This document shows positions 13,001 to 28,054 of a stretch of 64,000 nt of DNA, piece after piece. The notes below the pieces were generated by a model that had not been told where the DNA came from, made no database searches, and worked only from the letters and a program-made list of their open reading frames with translations. Position 1 is the stretch's first letter, and the number at the start of each line of letters is the position of its first letter. The translations under genes were made by a program, and so were the position numbers. The DNA is taken from the NCBI GenBank assembly GCA_964057225.1, contig OZ059899.1, forward strand, positions 17,050,001-17,114,000. The letters are read 5' to 3'. Origin of the DNA: Auanema rhodensis. Lineage: Eukaryota > Animalia > Nematoda.

Positions 13001-16000
13001 GTACACTCAACATTGCTTCCAAAAACATTTTGACAAAAATTTTTTCGAAAAATTTCAAAATAATTTCGCAAAAAGTAAATGTTTTTAGATTCCTTTTTTT
13101 AAGGCAAAGACGATGGACAATGTTATTCAACGAAAAAATTAATTCTGCAGGGTGAAAATCGAGGATATAAGTGTGAACTTATATCAGTTGATATCTCGGT
13201 GCATTTTTAAGCTAGCGCAAATCTGATAACACAGATCGACGCAGCTTAAAAATCCGCATCGAATGCACTATACTACATTGAGAAACGCTTAATACAAAAA
13301 TTAGTTATGATCGTTTGAAAAAAGACGCATTAGTGTATGTTGAGTTTCCATGTACACTCAACATTGCTTCCAAAAACATTTTGACAAAAATTTTTTCGAA
13401 AAATTTCAAAATAATTTCGCAAAAAGTAAATGTTTTTAGATTCCTTTTTTTAAGGCAAAGACGATGGACAATGTTATTCAACGAAAAAATTAATTCTGCA
13501 GGGTGAAAATCGAGGATATAAGTGTGAACTTATATCAGTTGATATCTCGGTGAATTTTTAAGCTAGCGCAAATCTGATAACACAGATCGACGCAGCTTAA
13601 AAATCCGCATCGAATGCACTATACAACATTGAGAAACGCTTAATACAAAAATTAGTTATGATCGTTTGAAAAAAGACGCATTAGTGTATGTTGAGTTTCC
13701 ATGTACACTCAACATTGCTTCCAAAAACATTTTGACAAAAATTTTTTCGAAAAATTTCAAAATAATTTCGCAAAAAGTAAATGTTTTTAGATTCCTTTTT
13801 TTAAGGCAAAGACGATGGACAATGTTATTCAACGAAAAAATTAATTCTGCAGGGTGAAAATCGAGGATATAAGTGTGAACTTATATCAGTTGATATCTCG
13901 GTGCATTTTTAAGCTAGCGCAAATCTGATAACACAGATCGACGCAGCTTAAAAATCCGCATCGAATGCACTATACTACATTGAGAAACGCTCAATACAAA
14001 AATTAGTTATGATCGTTTGAAAAATGATGCATTAGTGTATGTTGAGTTTCCATGTACACTCAACATTGCTTCCAAAAACATTTTGACAAAAATTTTTTCG
14101 AAAAATTTCAGAATATTTTAGCAAAAAATAGTTGTTTTTAGATTCCTTTTTTCAAGGCAAAGACGATGGACAATGTTATTCAACGAAAAAATTAATTCTG
14201 CAGGGTGAAAATCGAGGATATAAGTGTGAACTTATATCAGTTGATATCTCGGTGAATTTTTAAGCTAGCGCAAATCTGATAACACAGATCGACGCAGCTT
14301 AAAAATCCGCATCGAATGCACTATACAACATTGAGAAACGCTCAATACAAAAGTTAGTTATGATCGTTTGGAAAATGATGCATTAGTGTATGTTGAGTTT
14401 CCATGTACACTCAACATTGCTTCCAAAAACATTTTGACAAAAATTTTTTCGAAAAATTTCAAAATAATTTCGCAAAAAGTAAATGTTTTTAGATTCCTTT
14501 TTTTAAGGCAAAGACGATGGACAATGTTATTCAACGAAAAAATTAATTCTGCAGGGTGAAAATCGAGGATATAAGTGTGAACTTATATCAGTTGATATCT
14601 CGGTGCATTTTTAAGCTAGCGCAAATCTGATAACACAGATCGACGCAGCTTAAAAATCCGCATCGAATGCACTATACTACATTGAGAAACGCTTAATACA
14701 AAAATTAGTTATGATCGTTTGAAAAATGATGCATTAGTGTATGTTGAGTTTCCATGTACACTCAACATTGCTTCCAAAAACATTTTGACAAAAATTTTTT
14801 CGAAAAATTTCAAAATAATTTCGCAAAAAGTAAATGTTTTTAGATTCCTTTTTTTAAGGCAAAGACGATGGACAATGTTATTCAACGAAAAAATTAATTC
14901 TGCAGGGTGAAAATCGAGGATATAAGTGTGAACTTATATCAGTTGATATCTCGGTGCATTTTTAAGCTAGCGCAAATCTGATAACACAGATCGACGCAGC
15001 TTAAAAATCCGCATCGAATGCACTATACTACATTGAGAAACGCTTAATACAAAAATTAGTTATGATCGTTTGAAAAATGATGCATTAGTGTATGTTGAGT
15101 TTCCATGTACACTCAACATTGCTTCCAAAAACATTTTGACAAAAATTTTTTCGAAAAATTTCAAAATAATTTCGCAAAAAGTAAATGTTTTTAGATTCCT
15201 TTTTTTAAGGCAAAGACGATGGACAATGTTATTCAACGAAAAAATTAATTCTGCAGGGTGAAAATCGAGGATATAAGTGTGAACTTATATCAGTTGATAT
15301 CTCGGTGCATTTTTAAGCTAGCGCAAATCTGATAACACAGATCGACGCAGCTTAAAAATCCGCATCGAATGCACTATACTACATTGAGAAACGCTTAATA
15401 CAAAAATTAGTTATGATCGTTTGAAAAATGATGCATTAGTGTATGTTGAGTTTCCATGTACACTCAACATTGCTTCCAAAAACATTTTGACAAAAATTTT
15501 TTCGAAAAATTTCAAAATAATTTCGCAAAAAGTAAATGTTTTTAGATTCCTTTTTTTAAGGCAAAGACGATGGACAATGTTATTCAACGAAAAAATTAAT
15601 TCTGCAGGGTGAAAATCGAGGATATAAGTGTGAACTTATATCAGTTGATATCTCGGTGAATTTTTAAGCTAGCGCAAATCTGATAACACAGATCGACGCA
15701 GCTTAAAAATCCGCATCGAATGCACTATACAACATTGAGAAACGCTTAATACAAAAATTAGTTATGATCGTTTGAAAAAAGACGCATTAGTGTATGTTGA
15801 GTTTCCATGTACACTCAACATTGCTTCCAAAAACATTTTGACAAAAATTTTTTCGAAAAATTTCAAAATAATTTCGCAAAAAGTAAATGTTTTTAGATTC
15901 CTTTTTTTAAGGCAAAGACGATGGACAATGTTATTCAACGAAAAAATTAATTCTGCAGGGTGAAAATCGAGGATATAAGTGTGAACTTATATCTGTTGAT

Positions 16001-19000
16001 ATCTCGGTGCATTTTTAAGCTAGCGCAAATCTGATAACACAGATCGACGCAGCTTAAAAATCCGCATCGAATGCACTATACTACATTGAGAAACGCTTAA
16101 TACAAAAATTAGTTATGATCGTTTGAAAAATGATGCATTAGTGTATGTTGAGTTTCCATGTACACTCAACATTGCTTCCAAAAACATTTTGACAAAAATT
16201 TTTTCGAAAAATTTCAAAATAATTTCGCAAAAAGTAAATGTTTTTAGATTCCTTTTTTTAAGGCAAAGACGATGGACAATGTTATTCAACGAAAAAATTA
16301 ATTCTGCAGGGTGAAAATCGAGGATATAAGTGTGAACTTATATCAGTTGATATCTCGGTGAATTTTTAAGCTAGCGCAAATCTGATAACACAGATCGACG
16401 CAGCTTAAAAATCCGCATCGAATGCACTATACAACATTGAGAAACGCTTAATACAAAAATTAGTTATGATCGTTTGAAAAAAGACGCATTAGTGTATGTT
16501 GAGTTTCCATGTACACTCAACATTGCTTCCAAAAACATTTTGACAAAAATTTTTTCGAAAAATTTCAAAATAATTTCGCAAAAAGTAAATGTTTTTAGAT
16601 TCCTTTTTTTAAGGCAAAGACGATGGACAATGTTATTCAACGAAAAAATTAATTCTGCAGGGTGAAAATCGAGGATATAAGTGTGAACTTATATCAGTTG
16701 ATATCTCGGTGCATTTTTAAGCTAGCGCAAATCTGATAACACAGATCGACGCAGCTTAAAAATCCGCATCGAATGCACTATACTACATTGAGAAACGCTC
16801 AATACAAAAATTAGTTATGATCGTTTGAAAAATGATGCATTAGTGTATGTTGAGTTTCCATGTACACTCAACATTGCTTCCAAAAACATTTTGACAAAAA
16901 TTTTTTCGAAAAATTTCAGAATATTTTAGCAAAAAATAGTTGTTTTTAGATTCCTTTTTTCAAGGCAAAGACGATGGACAATGTTATTCAACGAAAAAAT
17001 TAATTCTGCAGGGTGAAAATCGAGGATATAAGTGTGAACTTATATCAGTTGATATCTCGGTGAATTTTTAAGCTAGCGCAAATCTGATAACACAGATCGA
17101 CGCAGCTTAAAAATCCGCATCGAATGCACTATACAACATTGAGAAACGCTCAATACAAAAGTTAGTTATGATCGTTTGGAAAATGATGCATTAGTGTATG
17201 TTGAGTTTCCATGTACACTCAACATTGCTTCCAAAAACATTTTGACAAAAATTTTTTCGAAAAATTTCAAAATAATTTCGCAAAAAGTAAATGTTTTTAG
17301 ATTCCTTTTTTTAAGGCAAAGACGATGGACAATGTTATTCAACGAAAAAATTAATTCTGCAGGGTGAAAATCGAGGATATAAGTGTGAACTTATATCAGT
17401 TGATATCTCGGTGAATTTTTAAGCTAGCGCAAATCTGATAACACAGATCGACGCAGCTTAAAAATCCGCATCGAATGCACTATACAACATTGAGAAACGC
17501 TTAATACAAAAATTAGTTATGATCGTTTGAAAAAAGACGCATTAGTGTATGTTGAGTTTCCATGTACACTCAACATTGCTTCCAAAAACATTTTGACAAA
17601 AATTTTTTCGAAAAATTTCAAAATAATTTCGCAAAAAGTAAATGTTTTTAGATTCCTTTTTTTAAGGCAAAGACGATGGACAATGTTATTCAACGAAAAA
17701 ATTAATTCTGCAGGGTGAAAATCGAGGATATAAGTGTGAACTTATATCAGTTGATATCTCGGTGCATTTTTAAGCTAGCGCAAATCTGATAACACAGATC
17801 GACGCAGCTTAAAAATCCGCATCGAATGCACTATACTACATTGAGAAACGCTTAATACAAAAATTAGTTATGATCGTTTGAAAAATGATGCATTAGTGTA
17901 TGTTGAGTTTCCATGTACACTCAACATTGCTTCCAAAAACATTTTGACAAAAATTTTTTCGAAAAATTTCAAAATAATTTCGCAAAAAGTAAATGTTTTT
18001 AGATTCCTTTTTTTAAGGCAAAGACGATGGACAATGTTATTCAACGAAAAAATTAATTCTGCAGGGTGAAAATCGAGGATATAAGTGTGAACTTATATCA
18101 GTTGATATCTCGGTGAATTTTTAAGCTAGCGCAAATCTGATAACACAGATCGACGCAGCTTAAAAATCCGCATCGAATGCACTATACAACATTGAGAAAC
18201 GCTTAATACAAAAATTAGTTATGATCGTTTGAAAAAAGACGCATTAGTGTATGTTGAGTTTCCATGTACACTCAACATTGCTTCCAAAAACATTTTGACA
18301 AAAATTTTTTCGAAAAATTTCAAAATAATTTCGCAAAAAGTAAATGTTTTTAGATTCCTTTTTTTAAGGCAAAGACGATGGACAATGTTATTCAACGAAA
18401 AAATTAATTCTGCAGGGTGAAAATCGAGGATATAAGTGTGAACTTATATCAGTTGATATCTCGGTGCATTTTTAAGCTAGCGCAAATCTGATAACACAGA
18501 TCGACGCAGCTTAAAAATCCGCATCGAATGCACTATACTACATTGAGAAACGCTTAATACAAAAATTAGTTATGATCGTTTGAAAAATGATGCATTAGTG
18601 TATGTTGAGTTTCCATGTACACTCAACATTGCTTCCAAAAACATTTTGACAAAAATTTTTTCGAAAAATTTCAAAATAATTTCGCAAAAAGTAAATGTTT
18701 TTAGATTCCTTTTTTTAAGGCAAAGACGATGGACAATGTTATTCAACGAAAAAATTAATTCTGCAGGGTGAAAATCGAGGATATAAGTGTGAACTTATAT
18801 CAGTTGATATCTCGGTGAATTTTTAAGCTAGCGCAAATCTGATAACACAGATCGACGCAGCTTAAAAATCCGCATCGAATGCACTATACAACATTGAGAA
18901 ACGCTTAATACAAAAATTAGTTATGATCGTTTGAAAAAAGACGCATTAGTGTATGTTGAGTTTCCATGTACACTCAACATTGCTTCCAAAAACATTTTGA

Positions 19001-19632
19001 CAAAAATTTTTTCGAAAAATTTCAAAATAATTTCGCAAAAAGTAAATGTTTTTAGATTCCTTTTTTTAAGGCAAAGACGATGGACAATGTTATTCAACGA
19101 AAAAATTAATTCTGCAGGGTGAAAATCGAGGATATAAGTGTGAACTTATATCAGTTGATATCTCGGTGCATTTTTAAGCTAGCGCAAATCTGATAACACA
19201 GATCGACGCAGCTTAAAAATCCGCATCGAATGCACTATACTACATTGAGAAACGCTCAATACAAAAATTAGTTATGATCGTTTGAAAAATGATGCATTAG
19301 TGTATGTTGAGTTTCCATGTACACTCAACATTGCTTCCAAAAACATTTTGACAAAAATTTTTTCGAAAAATTTCAGAATATTTTAGCAAAAAATAGTTGT
19401 TTTTAGATTCCTTTTTTCAAGGCAAAGACGATGGACAATGTTATTCAACGAAAAAATTAATTCTGCAGGGTGAAAATCGAGGATATAAGTGTGAACTTAT
19501 ATCAGTTGATATCTCGGTGAATTTTTAAGCTAGCGCAAATCTGATAACACAGATCGACGCAGCTTAAAAATCCGCATCGAATGCACTATACAACATTGAG
19601 AAACGCTCAATACAAAAGTTAGTTATGATCGT

Positions 19633-21736
19633 TTGGAAAATGATGCATTAGTGTATGTTGAGTTTCCATGTACACTCAACATTGCTTCCAAAAACATTTT
19701 GACAAAAATTTTTTCGAAAAATTTCAAAATAATTTCGCAAAAAGTAAATGTTTTTAGATTCCTTTTTTTAAGGCAAAGACGATGGACAATGTTATTCAAC
19801 GAAAAAATTAATTCTGCAGGGTGAAAATCGAGGATATAAGTGTGAACTTATATCAGTTGATATCTCGGTGCATTTTTAAGCTAGCGCAAATCTGATAACA
19901 CAGATCGACGCAGCTTAAAAATCCGCATCGAATGCACTATACTACATTGAGAAACGCTTAATACAAAAATTAGTTATGATCGTTTGAAAAATGATGCATT
20001 AGTGTATGTTGAGTTTCCATGTACACTCAACATTGCTTCCAAAAACATTTTGACAAAAATTTTTTCGAAAAATTTCAAAATAATTTCGCAAAAAGTAAAT
20101 GTTTTTAGATTCCTTTTTTTAAGGCAAAGACGATGGACAATGTTATTCAACGAAAAAATTAATTCTGCAGGGTGAAAATCGAGGATATAAGTGTGAACTT
20201 ATATCAGTTGATATCTCGGTGCATTTTTAAGCTAGCGCAAATCTGATAACACAGATCGACGCAGCTTAAAAATCCGCATCGAATGCACTATACTACATTG
20301 AGAAACGCTTAATACAAAAATTAGTTATGATCGTTTGAAAAATGATGCATTAGTGTATGTTGAGTTTCCATGTACACTCAACATTGCTTCCAAAAACATT
20401 TTGACAAAAATTTTTTCGAAAAATTTCAAAATAATTTCGCAAAAAGTAAATGTTTTTAGATTCCTTTTTTTAAGGCAAAGACGATGGACAATGTTATTCA
20501 ACGAAAAAATTAATTCTGCAGGGTGAAAATCGAGGATATAAGTGTGAACTTATATCAGTTGATATCTCGGTGCATTTTTAAGCTAGCGCAAATCTGATAA
20601 CACAGATCGACGCAGCTTAAAAATCCGCATCGAATGCACTATACAACATTGAGAAACGCTTAATACAAAGTTAGTTATGATCGTTTGGAAAATGATGCAT
20701 TAGTGTATGTTGAGTTTCCATGTACACTCAACATTGCTTCCAAAAACATTTTGACAAAAATTTTTTCGAAAAATTTCAAAATAATTTCGCAAAAAGTAAA
20801 TGTTTTTAGATTCCTTTTTTTAAGGCAAAGACGATGGACAATGTTATTCAACGAAAAAATTAATTCTGCAGGGTGAAAATCGAGGATATAAGTGTGAACT
20901 TATATCAGTTGATATCTCGGTGCATTTTTAAGCTAGCGCAAATCTGATAACACAGATCGACGCAGCTTAAAAATCCGCATCGAATGCACCATACTACATT
21001 GAGAAACGCTTAATACAAAAATTAGTTATGATCGTTTGAAAAATGATGCATTAGTGTATGTTGAGTTTCCATGTACACTCAACATTGCTTCCAAAAACAT
21101 TTTGACAAAAATTTTTTCGAAAAATTTCAAAATAATTTCGCAAAAAGTAAATGTTTTTAGATTCCTTTTTTTAAGGCAAAGACGATGGACAATGTTATTC
21201 AACGAAAAAATTAATTCTGCAGGGTGAAAATCGAGGATATAAGTGTGAACTTATATCAGTTGATATCTCGGTGCATTTTTAAGCTAGCGCAAATCTGATA
21301 ACACAGATCGACGCAGCTTAAAAATCCGCATCGAATGCACTATACTACATTGAGAAACGCTTAATACAAAAATTAGTTATGATCGTTTGAAAAATGATGC
21401 ATTAGTGTATGTTGAGTTTCCATGTACACTCAACATTGCTTCCAAAAACATTTTGACAAAAATTTTTTCGAAAAATTTCAAAATAATTTCGCAAAAAGTA
21501 AATGTTTTTAGATTCCTTTTTTTAAGGCAAAGACGATGGACAATGTTATTCAACGAAAAAATTAATTCTGCAGGGTGAAAATCGAGGATATAAGTGTGAA
21601 CTTATATCAGTTGATATCTCGGTGCATTTTTAAGCTAGCGCAAATCTGATAACACAGATCGACGCAGCTTAAAAATCCGCATCGAATGCACTATACAACA
21701 TTGAGAAACGCTTAATACAAAGTTAGTTATGATCGT
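19633..21736. repeat. Tandem 3-monomer (1052 bp) duplication carrying a shared 1-bp deletion
   Basis: TACAAAGTTAG (one A missing) at about 20667 and 21719. Both trimers have the same unit order (E,N,N in the ORF track). Confidence 0.85.
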
Positions 21737-24544
21737 TTGGAAAATGATGCATTAGTGTATGTTGAGTTTCCATGTACACTCAACATTGCTTCCAAAAACA
21801 TTTTGACAAAAATTTTTTCGAAAAATTTCAAAATAATTTCGCAAAAAGTAAATGTTTTTAGATTCCTTTTTTTAAGGCAAAGACGATGGACAATGTTATT
21901 CAACGAAAAAATTAATTCTGCAGGGTGAAAATCGAGGATATAAGTGTGAACTTATATCAGTTGATATCTCGGTGCATTTTTAAGCTAGCGCAAATCTGAT
22001 AACACGGATCGACGCAGCTTAAAAATCCGCATCGAATGCACTATACAACATTGAGAAACGCTTAATACAAAAGTTAGTTATGATCGTTTGGAAAATGATG
22101 CATTAGTGTATGTTGAGTTTCCATGTACACTCAACATTGCTTCCAAAAACATTTTGACAAAAATTTTTTCGAAAAATTTCAAAATAATTTCGCAAAAAGT
22201 AAATGTTTTTAGATTCCTTTTTTTAAGGCAAAGACGATGGACAATGTTATTCAACGAAAAAATTAATTCTGCAGGGTGAAAATCGAGGATATAAGTGTGA
22301 ACTTATATCAGTTGATATCTCGGTGCATTTTTAAGCTAGCGCAAATCTGATAACACAGATCGACGCAGCTTAAAAATCCGCATCGAATGCACTATACTAA
22401 ATTGAGAAACGCTTAATACAAAAATTAGTTATGATCGTTTGAAAAATGATGCATTAGTGTATGTTGAGTTTCCATGTACACTCAACATTGCTTCCAAAAA
22501 CATTTTGACAAAAATTTTTTCGAAAAATTTCAAAATAATTTCGCAAAAAGTAAATGTTTTTAGATTCCTTTTTTTAAGGCAAAGACGATGGACAATGTTA
22601 TTCAACGAAAAAATTAATTCTGCAGGGTGAAAATCGAGGATATAAGTGTGAACTTATATCAGTTGATATCTCGGTGCATTTTTAAGCTAGCGCAAATCTG
22701 ATAACACAGATCGACGCAGCTTAAAAATCCGCATCGAATGCACTATACTACATTGAGAAACGCTTAATACAAAAATTAGTTATGATCGTTTGAAAAATGA
22801 TGCATTAGTGTATGTTGAGTTTCCATGTACACTCAACATTGCTTCCAAAAACATTTTGACAAAAATTTTTTCGAAAAATTTCAAAATAATTTCGCAAAAA
22901 GTAAATGTTTTTAGATTCCTTTTTTTAAGGCAAAGACGATGGACAATGTTATTCAACGAAAAAATTAATTCTGCAGGGTGAAAATCGAGGATATAAGTGT
23001 GAACTTATATCAGTTGATATCTCGGTGCATTTTTAAGCTAGCGCAAATCTGATAACACAGATCGACGCAGCTTAAAAATCCGCATCGAATGCACTATACA
23101 ACATTGAGAAACGCTTAATACAAAAGTTAGTTATGATCGTTTGGAAAATGATGCATTAGTGTATGTTGAGTTTCCATGTACACTCAACATTGCTTCCAAA
23201 AACATTTTGACAAAAATTTTTTCGAAAAATTTCAAAATAATTTCGCAAAAAGTAAATGTTTTTAGATTCCTTTTTTTAAGGCAAAGACGATGGACAATGT
23301 TATTCAACGAAAAAATTAATTCTGCAGGGTGAAAATCGAGGATATAAGTGTGAACTTATATCAGTTGATATCTCGGTGCATTTTTAAGCTAGCGCAAATC
23401 TGATAACACAGATCGACGCAGCTTAAAAATCCGCATCGAATGCACTATACAACATTGAGAAACGCTTAATACAAAAGTTAGTTATGATCGTTTGGAAAAT
23501 GATGCTTTAGTGTATGTTGAGTTTCCATGTACACTCAACATTGCTTCCAAAAACATTTTGACAAAAATTTTTTCGAAAAATTTCAAAATAATTTCGCAAA
23601 AAGTAAATGTTTTTAGATTCCTTTTTTTAAGGCAAAGACGATGGACAATGTTATTCAACGAAAAAATTAATTCTGCAGGGTGAAAATCGAGGATATAAGT
23701 GTGAACTTATATCAGTTGATATCTCGGTGCATTTTTAAGCTAGCGCAAATCTGATAACACAGATCGACGCAGCTTAAAAATCCGCATCGAATGCACTATA
23801 CTACATTGAGAAACGCTTAATACAAAAATTAGTTATGATCGTTTGAAAAATGATGCATTAGTGTATGTTGAGTTTCCATGTACACTCAACATTGCTTCCA
23901 AAAACATTTTGACAAAAATTTTTTCGAAAAATTTCAAAATAATTTCGCAAAAAGTAAATGTTTTTAGATTCCTTTTTTTAAGGCAAAGACGATGGACAAT
24001 GTTATTCAACGAAAAAATTAATTCTGCAGGGTGAAAATCGAGGATATAAGTGTGAACTTATATCAGTTGATATCTCGGTGCATTTTTAAGCTAGCGCAAA
24101 TCTGATAACACAGATCGACGCAGCTTAAAAATCCGCATCGAATGCACTATACTACATTGAGAAACGCTTAATACAAAAATTAGTTATGATCGTTTGAAAA
24201 ATGATGCATTAGTGTATGTTGAGTTTCCATGTACACTCAACATTGCTTCCAAAAACATTTTGACAAAAATTTTTTCGAAAAATTTCAAAATAATTTCGCA
24301 AAAAGTAAATGTTTTTAGATTCCTTTTTTTAAGGCAAAGACGATGGACAATGTTATTCAACGAAAAAATTAATTCTGCAGGGTGAAAATCGAGGATATAA
24401 GTGTGAACTTATATCAGTTGATATCTCGGTGAATTTTTAAGCTAGCGCAAATCTGATAACACAGATCGACGCAGCTTAAAAATCCGCATCGAATGCACTA
24501 TACAACATTGAGAAACGCTTAATACAAAAATTAGTTATGATCGT

Positions 24545-27500
24545 TTGAAAAAAGACGCATTAGTGTATGTTGAGTTTCCATGTACACTCAACATTGCTTC
24601 CAAAAACATTTTGACAAAAATTTTTTCGAAAAATTTCAGAATATTTTAGCAAAAAATAGTTGTTTTTAGATTCCTTTTTTCAAGGCAAAGACGATGGACA
24701 ATGTTATTCAACGAAAAAATTAATTCTGCAGGGTGAAAATCGAGGATATAAGTGTGAACATATATCAGTTGATATCTCGGTGAATTTTTAAGCTAGCGCA
24801 AATCTGATAAAACAGATCGACGCAGCTTAAAAATCCGCATCGAATGCACTATACAACATTGAGAAACGCTTAATACAAAAATTAGTTATGATCGTTTGAA
24901 AAAAGACGCATTAGTGTATGTTGAGTTTCCATGTACACTCAACATTGCTTCCAAAAACATTTTGACAAAAATTTTTTCGAAAAATTTCAAAATAATTTCG
25001 CAAAAAGTAAATGTTTTTAGATTCCTTTTTTTAAGGCAAACACGATGGACAATGTTATTCAACGAAAAAATTAATTCTGCAGGGTGAAAATCGAGGATAT
25101 AAGTGTGAACTTATATCAGTTGATATCTCGGTGAATTTTTAAGCTAGCGCAAATCTGATAACACAGATCGACGCAGCTTAAAAATCCGCATCGAATGCAC
25201 TATACAACATTGAGAAACGCTTAATACAAAAATTAGTTATGATCGTTTGAAAAAAGACGCATTAGTGTATGTTGAGTTTCCATGTACACTCAACATTGCT
25301 TCCAAAAACATTTTGACAAAAATTTTTTCGAAAAATTTCAAAATAATTTCGCAAAAAGTAAATGTTTTTAGATTCCTTTTTTTAAGGCAAAGACGATGGA
25401 CAATGTTATTCAACGAAAAAATTAATTCTGCAGGGTGAAAATCGAGGATATAAGTGTGAACTTATATCAGTTGATATCTCGGTGCATTTTTAAGCTAGCG
25501 CAAATCTGATAACACAGATCGACGCAGCTTAAAAATCCGCATCGAATGCACTATACTACATTGAGAAACGCTTAATACAAAAATTAGTTATGATCGTTTG
25601 AAAAATGATGCATTAGTGTATGTTGAGTTTCCATGTACACTCAACATTGCTTCCAAAAACATTTTGACAAAAATTTTTTCGAAAAATTTCAAAATAATTT
25701 CGCAAAAAGTAAATGTTTTTAGATTCCTTTTTTTAAGGCAAAGACGATGGACAATGTTATTCAACGAAAAAATTAATTCTGCAGGGTGAAAATCGAGGAT
25801 ATAAGTGTGAACTTATATCAGTTGATATCTCGGTGCATTTTTAAGCTAGCGCAAATCTGATAACACAGATCGACGCAGCTTAAAAATCCGCATCGAATGC
25901 ACTATACTACATTGAGAAACGCTTAATACAAAAATTAGTTATGATCGTTTGAAAAATGATGCATTAGTGTATGTTGAGTTTCCATGTACACTCAACATTG
26001 CTTCCAAAAACATTTTGACAAAACTTTTTTCGAAAAATTTCAGAATATTTTAGCAAAAAATAGTTGTTTTTAGATTCCTTTTTTCAAGGCAAAGACGATG
26101 GACAATGTTATTCAACGAAAAAATTAATTCTGCAGGGTGAAAATCGAGGATATAAGTGTGAACTTATATCAGTTGATATCTCGGTGCATTTTTAAGCTAG
26201 CGCAAATCTGATAACACAAATCGACGCAGCTTAAAAATCCGCATCGAATGCACTATACAACATTAAGAAACGCTTAATACAAAAATTAGTTATGATCGTT
26301 TGAAAAAAGACGCATTAGTGTATGTTGAGTTTCCATGTACACTCAACATTGCTTCCAAAAACATTTTGACAAAAATTTTTTCGAAAAATTTCAGAATATT
26401 TTAGCAAAAAATAGTTGTTTTTAGATTCTTTTTTTCAAGGCAAAGACGATGGACAATGTTATTCAACGAAAAAATTAATTCTGCAGGGTGAAAATCGAGG
26501 ATATAAGTGTGAACATATATCAGTTGATATCTCGGTGAATTTTTAAGCTAGCGCAAATCTGATAAAACAGATCGACGCAGCTTAAAAATCCGCATCGAAT
26601 GCACTATACAACATTGAGAAACGCTTAATACAAAAATTAGTTATGATCGTTTGAAAAAAGACGCATTAGTGTATGTTGAGTTTCCATGTACACTCAACAT
26701 TGCTTCCAAAAACATTTTGACAAAAATTTTTTCGAAAAATTTCAAAATAATTTCGCAAAAAGTAAATGTTTTTAGATTCCTTTTTTTAAGGCAAACACGA
26801 TGGACAATGTTATTCAACGAAAAAATTAATTCTGCAGGGTGAAAATCGAGGATATAAGTGTGAACTTATATCAGTTGATATCTCGGTGAATTTTTAAGCT
26901 AGCGCAAATCTGATAACACAGATCGACGCAGCTTAAAAATCCGCATCGAATGCACTATACAACATTGAGAAACGCTTAATACAAAAATTAGTTATGATCG
27001 TTTGAAAAAAGACGCATTAGTGTATGTTGAGTTTCCATGTACACTCAACATTGCTTCCAAAAACATTTTGACAAAAATTTTTTCGAAAAATTTCAAAATA
27101 ATTTCGCAAAAAGTAAATGTTTTTAGATTCCTTTTTTTAAGGCAAAGACGATGGACAATGTTATTCAACGAAAAAATTAATTCTGCAGGGTGAAAATCGA
27201 GGATATAAGTGTGAACTTATATCAGTTGATATCTCGGTGCATTTTTAAGCTAGCGCAAATCTGATAACACAGATCGACGCAGCTTAAAAATCCGCATCGA
27301 ATGCACTATACTACATTGAGAAACGCTTAATACAAAAATTAGTTATGATCGTTTGAAAAATGATGCATTAGTGTATGTTGAGTTTCCATGTACACTCAAC
27401 ATTGCTTCCAAAAACATTTTGACAAAAATTTTTTCGAAAAATTTCAAAATAATTTCGCAAAAAGTAAATGTTTTTAGATTCCTTTTTTTAAGGCAAAGAC

Positions 27501-28054
27501 GATGGACAATGTTATTCAACGAAAAAATTAATTCTGCAGGGTGAAAATCGAGGATATAAGTGTGAACTTATATCAGTTGATATCTCGGTGCATTTTTAAG
27601 CTAGCGCAAATCTGATAACACAGATCGACGCAGCTTAAAAATCCGCATCGAATGCACTATACTACATTGAGAAACGCTTAATACAAAAATTAGTTATGAT
27701 CGTTTGAAAAATGATGCATTAGTGTATGTTGAGTTTCCATGTACACTCAACATTGCTTCCAAAAACATTTTGACAAAACTTTTTTCGAAAAATTTCAGAA
27801 TATTTTAGCAAAAAATAGTTGTTTTTAGATTCCTTTTTTCAAGGCAAAGACGATGGACAATGTTATTCAACGAAAAAATTAATTCTGCAGGGTGAAAATC
27901 GAGGATATAAGTGTGAACTTATATCAGTTGATATCTCGGTGCATTTTTAAGCTAGCGCAAATCTGATAACACAAATCGACGCAGCTTAAAAATCCGCATC
28001 GAATGCACTATACAACATTAAGAAACGCTTAATACAAAAATTAGTTATGATCGT
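24545..28054. repeat. Tandem 5-monomer (1755 bp) duplication
   Basis: CAAACACG in units 24896 and 26651, GAACATATAT and GATAAAACAG in units 24545 and 26300, AAAACTTTTTT in units 25949 and 27704. Confidence 0.88.
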
